Part shown: piece by piece, positions 8,351 to 16,277 of the stretch
Layout of the letters: each line of letters begins with the position of its first letter
How positions within the stretch are numbered: position 1 is the stretch's first letter
NCBI GenBank assembly: GCA_964547435.1
Contig: CAZJOB010000003.1
Location: forward strand, 4,093 to 37,746
Length of the DNA: 33,654 nt
Origin: an uncultured Desulfatiglans sp.
Lineage (GTDB): Bacteria > Desulfobacterota > DSM-4660 > Desulfatiglandales > HGW-15
Direction of reading: 5' to 3'
Notes under the pieces: model-generated
Seen by the model: only the letters and a program-made list of their open reading frames with translations
The model's database searches: none
Told to the model about the DNA's origin: nothing
Made by a program: the position numbers and the translations under genes

Positions 8351-10198
8351 TTATTCCCAGCCGTTTGTTATGCCGTGTTCAGCCATAAATCCTATGGCCT
8401 CTATCTCATATATCCTGCCCTTGCGAATCTTGAAGACATGGGCTGCCGGAAGGTCAAAGGCGCCGTAATCATTTGAACGCTCGGTAACTCCGGGAACACC
8501 TGTGATCTTGATCACCTTTGGTTCACCGTCGTGACGGAATATGGAAAAGGCAAACGCCAGCCCTTTCTCCTCATCAATAGCCAGGATGCGCCTGTCCGTG
8601 ATATCGGTGATATATTCCCACACACCTGTATTCATCTGTTCCCCGCATTTCATTTGGCCGAAAACCGACAGTCCGGGATCTGCCCCTTTGGGCACAGGGG
8701 TGGTATCACCGGCGCTTATGCCGCCGTGTTCCCTCCTCTGGCATTCATCTGCAAAGGGCGCCACATCGCCGTTTCCCTGAAGAATCGCCTCATAATATGA
8801 ATTGGCGATCGCCTTCATGCGTTCCCGTGACACACGTTCCATCTTGGGCTGCCTCTCCAGAAGCGCGGGCCGCACAGCGGACATGTTTGAATGCAATGCC
8901 TCCCCGGACTCATTATGAATGACAAGGTGGTCTATCTTCGCAATCCTCTGGTTTTCCACCTTGAGCCGGATAGCGGCAATGGTCGGTTGATTATTCTCTT
9001 CGAGCACCCCCATAAAGGCTACTTCGCCTGAATCAGGATCGGCCACTACTATCTTGAAATTTGTGGGAACTCCGGTAGCTGTTTTCCAGAGACCCTCACC
9101 CACAGGGATCTTTTTTGTGTTTTCCACAAGCACTGCATTGTCAGCCAGAGGGACGCCGGCGATATCGTTCTTTGCCAGACCCTCCAGGTATTGATCCATC
9201 TTTTCTTCCAGGCATTTTCTGGTGCAGCTCCAGCCGTCAGAGGCCTGGTATGGTATGCCCAGGCAGGCGATTGCCTCGATCTCATAGATCTTACCTTTCC
9301 TTATCTTGTATATGTGCCCTGCTCCGACACTGAACTGTCCCCAGTCATTGGGACTTTGGGTAACACCGGGCATGTTTCTGACAGGCAAAGGATTCGGTTC
9401 GCCGTCATGGTTGAACATTGAAAAGGCCATGACCAGCCCCATCTCCTCATCCACGGCGAACAGCCGCCTTTGATTGATATCCGTTATATACGCCATAATT
9501 CCGGTGCTGAGCTGCTCCCCGCACTTCAATCTTCCGAATGCGGTCATAGCGCCAAAGGTAGTTTCAGCGTCATCAGGGACAGGTTCCTGATTATTGGCTG
9601 ATGTAATGCCGCCCTCATGTCTCTCGCACTCCTCGGCAAAGGGCGCCACCTTGCCGTCGCTCTGTTCTATGGCATCATAATATGCATTGGCCGCCTTCAG
9701 CATCTCTTCGCGTGAAACCCTTTCTGCCGGATCAAGTTTCTGAACCAGTCCGGGCCTTGGTTTCAGCAAACCTTCAGGAAGCGGGCCGTCAATTCTCCAT
9801 ATCATATGATCGATCTCAGTGATCTGATCATTCTCCAGCCTCAGGCGAACTGCCAGTTGAATCGGTTTTCCCTGGTCTTCAATCACACCCATAAAGCCCA
9901 CCTGCCCGGCGACCGGGTCTGCCACATAGATCTTATAATCGTTCGTACCGCCGGTTGAGGACTCCCAAAGGCCCTTGCCTATGGGTGTAACTACAGTGTT
10001 TTCCACAAGCTTTACATCAGCCGCGAGCGGAAGACCTGCGGAATCATGCTTTACCAGGGCAGTAAGATATTGATCCATCAGGTCAACCAGTTGCGCACGG
10101 GAGTCAACCTGTTTTTCAGTCTCTTTTTTTGAACATGAAAAATTTAAAAAACCACAGGCAAGGAAAACAAACAAAAGAAGAATAGATGCCTTTTTCAT
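8351..10198 (-). CDS. Exported (probably lipid-anchored) protein of the same paralog family, two tandem modules (P4)
   Basis: 615-aa ORF with AAGGAG upstream. The N-terminus is MKKASILLLFVFLACGFLNFSC|SKKETE. Its C-terminal module is roughly 75% identical by eye to that of P3, and the protein ends in NGWE. Confidence 0.85.
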   Translation of the reverse strand: MKKASILLLFVFLACGFLNFSCSKKETEKQVDSRAQLVDLMDQYLTALVKHDSAGLPLAADVKLVENTVVTPIGKGLWESSTGGTNDYKIYVADPVAGQVGFMGVIEDQGKPIQLAVRLRLENDQITEIDHMIWRIDGPLPEGLLKPRPGLVQKLDPAERVSREEMLKAANAYYDAIEQSDGKVAPFAEECERHEGGITSANNQEPVPDDAETTFGAMTAFGRLKCGEQLSTGIMAYITDINQRRLFAVDEEMGLVMAFSMFNHDGEPNPLPVRNMPGVTQSPNDWGQFSVGAGHIYKIRKGKIYEIEAIACLGIPYQASDGWSCTRKCLEEKMDQYLEGLAKNDIAGVPLADNAVLVENTKKIPVGEGLWKTATGVPTNFKIVVADPDSGEVAFMGVLEENNQPTIAAIRLKVENQRIAKIDHLVIHNESGEALHSNMSAVRPALLERQPKMERVSRERMKAIANSYYEAILQGNGDVAPFADECQRREHGGISAGDTTPVPKGADPGLSVFGQMKCGEQMNTGVWEYITDITDRRILAIDEEKGLAFAFSIFRHDGEPKVIKITGVPGVTERSNDYGAFDLPAAHVFKIRKGRIYEIEAIGFMAEHGITNGWE

Positions 10199-10282
10199 TC
10201 CATAACTCCTTTTTCAGATGATTTAACTGATAGCGTACAGCGTCCTTTAAAACAGATGATTTTATAAGAACATCTTTTCGCG

Positions 10283-11188
10283 TTATTCCCAACCGTATTT
10301 AGTGCCTGCGGGCACGATCTCACAGTATGCCTCTGCCGCGTGAATCAGGCCGTCATATATCTTAAAGGAGTGCCACACATCCAGCACCCCGTCGCCCTGA
10401 AAGGTGGATCCGGGACCGAAATTCATGCGCACCGCGACCACGCCCAGTTCTTCGTCCACTGCTATAACCCTGTGAGTGATGCCTGAAAGGGTGGGAATAA
10501 ACTGGGTCTTCATGTTGTCGCATCCCTCGAAAAAGGTGCACCCCGGCCCTGCCATAAGCTGCCCGTTTTCATAACGATACGCATCCACAGCCATGGGTGA
10601 GTCAACCTTTACAAAACTGCCGACCTTCAGACCCTCAGGATAGGTCAGGGCCATTTTAATCATCTCCTCCCTGGCAACCAGTTTTTCCCTTGCCGGAAAA
10701 GACAGCATGGTCTCGCTGGCAGTCTTCAGGTTCTCAAGGTTAAAAAGCATGCCCTCTTCCCGGTTTCTGACAACAGTGGTCTCTATCTCTGATATCTTCT
10801 GATCGTCGATCTTCAGTCTCATCACAAAAAGGACAGGAGATTTGGCCTCCTCTACTACAAGGAATGATACTGCCACACCCTGCTTTACATCAAGAATGTC
10901 CCTGCGGTAGCCTGTGAGTCCGGATATGTTTTCCCAGAGACCCTGTCCGAGTTTCATCTCTTTGCAGTCTTCGGTAAATTTTACATTGGCGGCAACAGGC
11001 AGGGATTCCGGTTTGTGAGCGATCATGGCATCCAGGTATCTTGTTATGAACCCGCTGAGACATTCACGGTCACACGCCTTATTAACAGATTTTGTTGTTG
11101 TTTCCTCTATTACTTTTACGTTTGATATGCAGCTGATCCCTGTTAGAAAAAACAGGACAATTATGGTGATTATGCCTTTTCTGAACAT
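10283..11188 (-). CDS. Exported protein of the same paralog family, one divergent module (P5)
   Basis: This is the track ORF trimmed to ATG 11188 (AAGGAGG 5 nt upstream), giving MFRKGIITIIVLFFLTGISC... It contains KACDRECLSGFITRYLDAM, GQGLW, RLKIDDQKISEIE and YRYENG, and ends in YGWE. Confidence 0.8.
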   Translation of the reverse strand: MFRKGIITIIVLFFLTGISCISNVKVIEETTTKSVNKACDRECLSGFITRYLDAMIAHKPESLPVAANVKFTEDCKEMKLGQGLWENISGLTGYRRDILDVKQGVAVSFLVVEEAKSPVLFVMRLKIDDQKISEIETTVVRNREEGMLFNLENLKTASETMLSFPAREKLVAREEMIKMALTYPEGLKVGSFVKVDSPMAVDAYRYENGQLMAGPGCTFFEGCDNMKTQFIPTLSGITHRVIAVDEELGVVAVRMNFGPGSTFQGDGVLDVWHSFKIYDGLIHAAEAYCEIVPAGTKYGWE

Positions 11189-11416
11189 TATTTCCTCCTT
11201 GGATATATGATGTGTGCGGAAAAATCTTTGTGATCTCTTCCTATATAACACTTTTTTTTAATAAACAAGATGGAAATACCGAAGGCTTTTTTCTGTTTTC
11301 CCTTCAGACTTCAGCCTAAACGCCTTCAGCCTATATCTGATTCCCCCACTGTAATTCATGGCATTTGGCAAGGTCATCTTTCTCTACAGTTTAAGCGACC
11401 AGACCCCTTAAATTTT

Positions 11417-11514
11417 CAGGTACTTATAGATTCCCGCCCCCGTATCAAGTACGGGGCAGGCTCCAATCGCGGAAATGACGTTTTCGGGTCTTTTTACGAG
11501 TGCAACAAAATTTG
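11417..11514 (-). repeat. Composite short-repeat island: gattcccgcc hairpin module plus the TTTTTACGAG..CAACAAAATTTG motif
   Basis: ttatagattcccgcc recurs at 25483. ggtctttttacgagtgcaacaaaatttg matches the motif at 15846, 20994, 21023 and 25320. Track ORF 11270..11545 is built from this material. Confidence 0.5.
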
Positions 11515-11653
11515 CAGTGATAACTTTTTAATTTGGTTTAAGTAATATCAATAATTTGTTGTTTATAACACGCTAACGGCGGTAGTTGGGTCAGGGGGGG
11601 GAAGGGATTTGCTTTCGCAAGAAACTCGCCGATTTTTTACAGCCAAAATAGCT

Positions 11654-11688
11654 GGAGGGGAGGTATAACCTGAGATTAAGTCCCCTCC
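11654..11688 (-). terminator. Stem-loop; possible terminator after the small Gly-rich ORF and the fabD-DUF169 operon
   Basis: ggagggga / tcccctcc form a perfect 8-bp stem with a 19-nt loop. AGCUAUUUUGG follows it on the minus strand. Confidence 0.35.
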
Positions 11689-11715
11689 AACTAATTGATA
11701 TTACGATTATGCTTT

Positions 11716-11850
11716 TTATTCATTTTCCACACGCTTTAATGTAAATTTTGTGCTCTCTTGTGAGACGCCACCAAAACCGCCCAGGCCTCCGCCAAAGCCA
11801 GTGTTAAAACCTCCGGCGCCACCTTCGCCAAAGCCTGATGCCCTTATCAT
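11716..11850 (-). CDS. Possible 44-aa glycine-rich small protein, below the ORF-track size cut-off
   Basis: My translation is MIRASGFGEGGAGGFNTGFGGGLGGFGGVSQESTKFTLKRVENE. AGGTG lies 7 nt upstream of the ATG, and a stem-loop lies 28 nt downstream of the stop. The ORF is low-complexity, so it could be spurious. Confidence 0.25.
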   Translation of the reverse strand: MIRASGFGEGGAGGFNTGFGGGLGGFGGVSQESTKFTLKRVENE

Positions 11851-12004
11851 CAGGCAACACCTGATCAAACATGCCAACAAAAATCTTAATAGCCAAATTC
11901 TTTTATCTTCCTGGCATTAAATCAAAAGTTACAGTTAAACTGTCATGAAACGATAAAATTGTCAAGCCTTTTTATCAACGGTAAACTCTCATGATTAAGG
12001 GCAC

Positions 12005-12766
12005 TTAGCTTGTTAACACCTTTCTATCAAGCCCCCATTTTTGGAAAAGTTTTTTATACATTTCAGGCTGCTCAAAATCACCCATCTTGAGCATTGGTGA
12101 GCTTATGAAGTCAGCGCCTTCATCGAACAGCGGGGTCTTAAGGCCCCTGACAATCTCCCCCAGCATACCCGCCGGGATTGATGTAATAATCTCATCCTTT
12201 GCGCCTATTGTGCGCATGTCCTCGCCGATGTCGGGAGGGGCGATAAGGATCTGATTTTTTTCGATAACAGGCACAATGGTATAGGCGCAGGAAGGCGGGA
12301 AAAAATGTGAATTAATAGCAGGCTCCTCCCCGAACCAGTGCAGCGGCATGAGCATTGTCCTCATCTGGGACGGATCGGAATAGACAAGCACAAGATCCGG
12401 TTCAAATGAGGCTTTTTTGAGAGGAGCGGTAACAATGCCAATGTACCTGTCCTTTTCAAACCTGGGAAAACCCAGGAACCTCTGAATCTCCGGGTCATCC
12501 GGCTTATCCACAAGCCCGTATGCGATAAGAGGGGCAAAACACCAGTTGTCCTCCTTAAGCATAGCGACCGTTATTCCATCCCTTCGGGACATGGCAAACA
12601 CCTGGCACTGAGCAAGGTGAACGCCTTTGTCCCTTTTGGGTCTGAATGCCCCTTCGGGTATCTCTGCCTCATCTTTGAGCATCTTGACAGCTACAGGAAA
12701 AGATCTCAATTTGAGTATGGTTTCGAGCTCTTCTCCATAATTGTTATACTGTTCTATAGATGTCAT
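12005..12766 (-). CDS. DUF169 (COG2043) family protein
   Basis: 253-aa ORF. LRSFPVAVKML...GVHLAQCQVFAMSRRDG...WCFAPLIAYGL resembles DUF169 proteins as I remember them. Its start lies 1 nt after the fabD stop (TAGAATG). Confidence 0.65.
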   Translation of the reverse strand: MTSIEQYNNYGEELETILKLRSFPVAVKMLKDEAEIPEGAFRPKRDKGVHLAQCQVFAMSRRDGITVAMLKEDNWCFAPLIAYGLVDKPDDPEIQRFLGFPRFEKDRYIGIVTAPLKKASFEPDLVLVYSDPSQMRTMLMPLHWFGEEPAINSHFFPPSCAYTIVPVIEKNQILIAPPDIGEDMRTIGAKDEIITSIPAGMLGEIVRGLKTPLFDEGADFISSPMLKMGDFEQPEMYKKLFQKWGLDRKVLTS

Positions 12767-12767
12767 T

Positions 12768-13706
12768 CTATTTCACCGCCTTAATAAGATTTTCAATACC
12801 TTCTGAATCCTCTATATTCAAAACCCGGGCGCTGTCCTTGTCTATAATCTTGTTCACCAGCCCCGACAGAACCTTTTTGGGGCCCACTTCTGCGTAGACA
12901 TCAATACCTCTGTTCACCATATTCAGGACAATATTGTACCACTTAACAGGGCTTATCAACTGCTGCGCCATAATATTTCTGATCTTTTCCGGATCATTCT
13001 CTTCGCCCGCCGTCGCATTGAAGAATATGGCGGATTCGGGTTGCGAAAAAGAGATATCCTCCATAAAGGCCCTGAATTCCTCAACAGCCCCTTTCATGAG
13101 ATCGCAGTGCCAGGCCCCGCTGACCTTCAGGGGTATAGCCTTTCCATTCTGCTCCTTGACAAGACTTATGGCGTGTTCCATAGGGGAATGTTCACCGGTA
13201 ATTACTATCTGCTGGGCGGTATTATGATTGGCTACTGCGATTACACCCATGCTCGCGGCCTTTTCGACTATAGCGGCAACCTTTTCTATCTCCATGCCCA
13301 TTATGGCGGCCATTGTTCCGGGATGTGACAGGGATTCACGGTGCATCAATTCACCGCGTTTTCTGACAAGACACAGGGCGTCATATTCACTGACTACTCC
13401 TGCTGAAACCAGGGCCGCGAATTCGCCCAGGCTGTGCCCTGCAGAGACGAAAGGCCTGATTCCTTTGCTTTTCAAGGCCCTGAGACAGATAAGATTGATG
13501 GCTGTTATTGCAGGTTGAAGGTTGACCGTGAGTGTAAGCTCTTCCATAGGCCCCTCCAGACAAAGTCTGGAAATGGGGTTTTGGCAGATTTCATCCAACT
13601 GGTTAAATATCTCAACTGTGCCGGGTACATGGTCGACAATATCCCGGCCCATGCCCACTGATTGTGAGCCCTGTCCGGGAAAAAGAAATGCGATTTTGGC
13701 GGACAT
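12768..13706 (-). CDS. fabD: Malonyl CoA-ACP transacylase
   Basis: It has FLFPGQGSQSVGMG and the GHSLGEFAALV nucleophile-elbow motif. At 312 aa its length is typical. AAGGAG lies upstream. Confidence 0.9.
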   Translation of the reverse strand: MSAKIAFLFPGQGSQSVGMGRDIVDHVPGTVEIFNQLDEICQNPISRLCLEGPMEELTLTVNLQPAITAINLICLRALKSKGIRPFVSAGHSLGEFAALVSAGVVSEYDALCLVRKRGELMHRESLSHPGTMAAIMGMEIEKVAAIVEKAASMGVIAVANHNTAQQIVITGEHSPMEHAISLVKEQNGKAIPLKVSGAWHCDLMKGAVEEFRAFMEDISFSQPESAIFFNATAGEENDPEKIRNIMAQQLISPVKWYNIVLNMVNRGIDVYAEVGPKKVLSGLVNKIIDKDSARVLNIEDSEGIENLIKAVK

Positions 13707-13727
13707 AAAATCTCCTTTACTGTCAGA

Positions 13728-14282
13728 TCATGAATTATCCGCCTGCGGATCGCCCAGTGTCTTTCTGATCAGTTCATCAAGGGCAATATCATAATCCCTT
13801 GATCCCTGTATCAACGATTTGTTATTCGCGAGTTGTTTAAGTATCTTTTCTTCAGTCCTTTCGAACTTGAGATTTATATTTGAAACAACCCGGTTGACCG
13901 TCTGGTATATGTCTATATCAGTGCCGAATACGTCAATGACACTCGGATCATCAACAACTACTTCCAGTATATATTGAGTAATATACAGAGAAATGGGATT
14001 GGGACGAGGAACCAGATCACGAATAGGCGCGGTAAAATACTTGAAATCGAATTCACTGGTCTTTGTTAGTTTCTTAAGGCCCTTCAGCAACAGATCGGAA
14101 AAAGCGGCTGTATTATCCGTTTCAACAATCTCTTCCATAAGAAGGGCCTGGGTGAGGCTGTTATGGATCTCATTAATCTTGAATTTCAGGAATCTGTCTC
14201 TTTGAAAGGCCTGCTGCTTTTCCTTTCGCTCCAGCCTGTTTATCAGCTTATCCTGGACCCTGCCTGTGTTAAAATTTTTCAT
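13728..14282 (-). CDS. Hypothetical protein, possibly DUF507-like
   Basis: 184-aa ORF for a charged, helical-looking protein. The DUF507 assignment is from memory only and is unverified. Confidence 0.6.
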   Translation of the reverse strand: MKNFNTGRVQDKLINRLERKEKQQAFQRDRFLKFKINEIHNSLTQALLMEEIVETDNTAAFSDLLLKGLKKLTKTSEFDFKYFTAPIRDLVPRPNPISLYITQYILEVVVDDPSVIDVFGTDIDIYQTVNRVVSNINLKFERTEEKILKQLANNKSLIQGSRDYDIALDELIRKTLGDPQADNS

Positions 14283-14334
14283 TTTGTCTTCTTTTTTAAT
14301 AAATTAGCGGACTCCGATCAGAATCGGATTTTAA

Positions 14335-14655
14335 TCAATCAACCGACTTTGCGGCCTTTGTCTCTTTAGCCTTTGGCTCCTTTTTGGTATTTTCGGAAGC
14401 GCCCTTGGCCTCTTTTACTGATTCGCTTTTAGATTTGTCGTCTCCAGATCCGGTTTTGCCGCCATAACCACCGGATTTAGACGCATAATCAGTTACATAC
14501 CAGCCTGATCCCTTTAGATGAAAGGTGCTCTGAGAGATAAGTTTTCTCATTTTTCCCTTGCAGCACTCACATTTTTTGATGGGAGGGTCAGATATTTTCT
14601 GAAAAACCTCTGTCTGATGGCCGCATTTTGTACATTCATATTCATAAAAAGGCAT
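14335..14655 (-). CDS. FmdB-family zinc-ribbon protein
   Basis: MPFYEYECTKCGHQTEVFQKISDPPIKKCECCKGKMRKLIS is the canonical FmdB N-terminal CxxC...CxxC ribbon. A Gly/Lys-rich tail follows it. Confidence 0.8.
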   Translation of the reverse strand: MPFYEYECTKCGHQTEVFQKISDPPIKKCECCKGKMRKLISQSTFHLKGSGWYVTDYASKSGGYGGKTGSGDDKSKSESVKEAKGASENTKKEPKAKETKAAKSVD

Positions 14656-14682
14656 TTTGAATCACCTCACTCGAAATAAGAT

Positions 14683-15273
14683 TTAAGACATACACATATC
14701 AAAGGGCCTGTGGGGCCTGTATGAATCCAGCACATGACCCATATTTGTCAGGGAAATATCCCTCAGAATGTCATAGGTCGTACCATGAACAATCTTTTCT
14801 TCCTTTTCTTTATCTTCTCCCTTCAGATCATATCTCTGATAGAAATTACAGAACCTTACTATATGCACCAGTTCATGTGTAAGGATATAAACCAGAAGAG
14901 AACGTAGATTGAGTTTTTTATCTCTGTTAAGGGCATTTAAAATCTGATGATCCTGAAGGCAAATAAAATAAAAATCACGTATTTTTGTCTTTGACTCGTA
15001 ACCGTTCACCATCCTAGAGCACTTGTTCAACATGGCAAAGGCATATGGTGAAATCTCATTTTTTTTAAGAGACATAAGGGTTTTTACATCATAATGATGT
15101 CTTTTCCACTGCCCGAAGGAAAATTTATAATAGTCGCCGGTTCTGTCTTCAGCGATAGAGAGCGCCTCGTTTAAGACCTCTATATTTTTATCTTCAAAAA
15201 ATAAATAGGTCATATTCCAACCGTGGTTCCATATATTCAAGCATGAAGATAAAACATTTTCCTTAAAAGTCAA
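14683..15273 (-). CDS. Hypothetical protein with an HExxH motif (possible metallopeptidase-like)
   Basis: 196-aa ORF containing LTHELVHIV. The start is uncertain: TTG 15273 or ATG 15213, neither with a clear SD. The gene is AT-rich. Confidence 0.55.
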   Translation of the reverse strand: MTFKENVLSSCLNIWNHGWNMTYLFFEDKNIEVLNEALSIAEDRTGDYYKFSFGQWKRHHYDVKTLMSLKKNEISPYAFAMLNKCSRMVNGYESKTKIRDFYFICLQDHQILNALNRDKKLNLRSLLVYILTHELVHIVRFCNFYQRYDLKGEDKEKEEKIVHGTTYDILRDISLTNMGHVLDSYRPHRPFDMCMS

Positions 15274-15290
15274 TTGACTTTATAACATGC

Positions 15291-15367
15291 TGGTGGCGGT
15301 GACTGGATTTGAACCAGTGACTCCGCGGATATGAGCCGCGTGCTCTGACCAACTGAGCTACACCGCC
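15291..15367 (-). tRNA. tRNA with CAU anticodon (elongator Met, or Ile2 if lysidine-modified); CCA is encoded
   Basis: The reverse complement is GGCGGUGUAGCUCAGUUGGUCAGAGCACGCGGCUCAUAUCCGCGGAGUCACUGGUUCAAAUCCAGUCACCGCCACCA. It folds into a 7/4/5/5-bp cloverleaf with anticodon loop CUCAUAU. The G1-C72 pair argues against an initiator tRNA. Confidence 0.9.
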
Positions 15368-15378
15368 GAAACTTTTGT

Positions 15379-15406
15379 AATTTATATAAATCTGATCTTT
15401 TGTCAA
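15379..15406 (-). promoter_or_regulatory. Sigma70-like promoter for the tRNA
   Basis: On the minus strand, TTGACA is followed by a 16-nt spacer and TAAATT. The -10 element ends about 11 nt before the mature tRNA 5' end. Confidence 0.45.
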
Positions 15407-15595
15407 CCAAAAATATGGAAAAAAATTGGCACGAGGCGCAAGGCTCAGGGCGCAGGGCAAAGGCAACAAAACCTGGGAATAATATTAATCGTATTGATTA
15501 ATCGAGACCACTATGTCAAAAAGTGTCATATTGTCATACCGGCGAATGGAGTCTGCACCGGCGTGACTGAAGCCGGGGATATCTATACCATGCAT

Positions 15596-15625
15596 GTCAT
15601 TCCGGAGCTCGACTCCGGAATCCAG
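15596..15625. repeat. Palindromic 'gtcattccgg...ccggaatcc' hairpin module
   Basis: In gtcattccggagctcgactccggaatccag, ttccggag/ctccggaa form an 8-bp stem. It is related to the ends of repeat family B and to the gtcataccggcg... sequence just upstream. Confidence 0.5.
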
Positions 15626-15712
15626 TTTTTGATTTTTGTTTTCATTTTTTTGGTCAAACATATACCCTGCCAAAAAAAGAGTTGCGTGTTGGCAATCTAC
15701 AAAAAGCATAAT

Positions 15713-15868
15713 GGATTCCGGAATCCAGCCTTCGCCAACCACCGTCGCTCAAGCTTTGGCGGTCAGGGAGACTACGGCCCGGCAGGCCCCGAAAACAGCA
15801 TCGGGATTTTCAACAGGTCGCGGAATGACATATATGAAAAAACAACTTTTTACGAATTAAACAAAATT
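15713..15868 (+). repeat. Repeat family B, copy 1, with the adjoining TTTTTACGA..AACAAAATTG motif
   Basis: 15713-15830 closely matches the reverse complement of 25353-25468: I see about three substitutions plus one short rearranged or indel segment. In both copies the ttttacga motif lies on the same side. Confidence 0.8.
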
Positions 15869-15999
15869 GTCATTCTGAGCGAAGCGAAGAATCTCTCATG
15901 AATCAGTTATTCTGAATGGCGTGACCTGCATAGGACTGGGCATAAAATAGAGACCCTTCGCTTCGCTCAGGGTGACAGGTATCGGGTACGGCTGTAGAT
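15869..15999 (-). repeat. Repeat family A, copy 2, inverted relative to copy 1
   Basis: The sequence gtcattctgagcgaagcgaagaatctc...gagacccttcgcttcgctcagggtgac...gctgtagat is the reverse complement of 6113-6246, with scattered substitutions. Confidence 0.8.
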
Positions 16000-16246
16000 C
16001 ATTTTCATGGATACATGGATACTATGTATCATTTTTTCACACAATGTGTCAGAAACACTACACCTGTGAGTATAACCTTTATATAATTGATATAAAATTA
16101 TTTAAATTATATGTTAAATTAACAGCATTTTTAGGCACAAAAATTGCTATATATAAAGGCAACCTTCTGGAGTGCCCGTTACATTTATTTCAGATTCTCT
16201 CTAGGGGGAAAAAGATAACATATATTAGTAACGGCACATTCGGATA

Positions 16247-16267
16247 CCCCGGCATTCACTGCCGGGG
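16247..16267. terminator. GC-rich hairpin 10 nt downstream of the etfA stop
   Basis: ccccggca-ttcac-tgccgggg. The T-run (ttttt) lies on the plus-strand side, and an A-run precedes the hairpin on the minus strand. It may act bidirectionally. Confidence 0.4.
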
Positions 16268-16277
16268 TTTTTATTAT

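Noticed and set aside
11270-11545. ORFs lying over intergenic repeats (11270..11545, 15494..15901, 15636..15860, 15485..15742, 25212..25478, 25299..25577, 15263..15469)
   Set aside because: Their 'protein' similarity to each other comes from the nucleotide repeat families A and B, read on whichever strand happens to be open. 15263..15469 overlaps the tRNA.
13728-15367. tRNA-associated genomic island (AT-rich genes immediately 3' of the tRNA)
   Set aside because: I found no direct repeat of the tRNA 3' end elsewhere in the window and no integrase. The genes here (FmdB ribbon, DUF507-like, fabD) look like conserved core genes rather than cargo.
15427-15442. Sigma54-like TGGCAC element (ttggcacgaggcgcaa)
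   Set aside because: The GC of the -12 element is two positions out of register (TGGCAC-N5-GCAA rather than TGGCAC-N5-TTGC). No plus-strand gene lies downstream.
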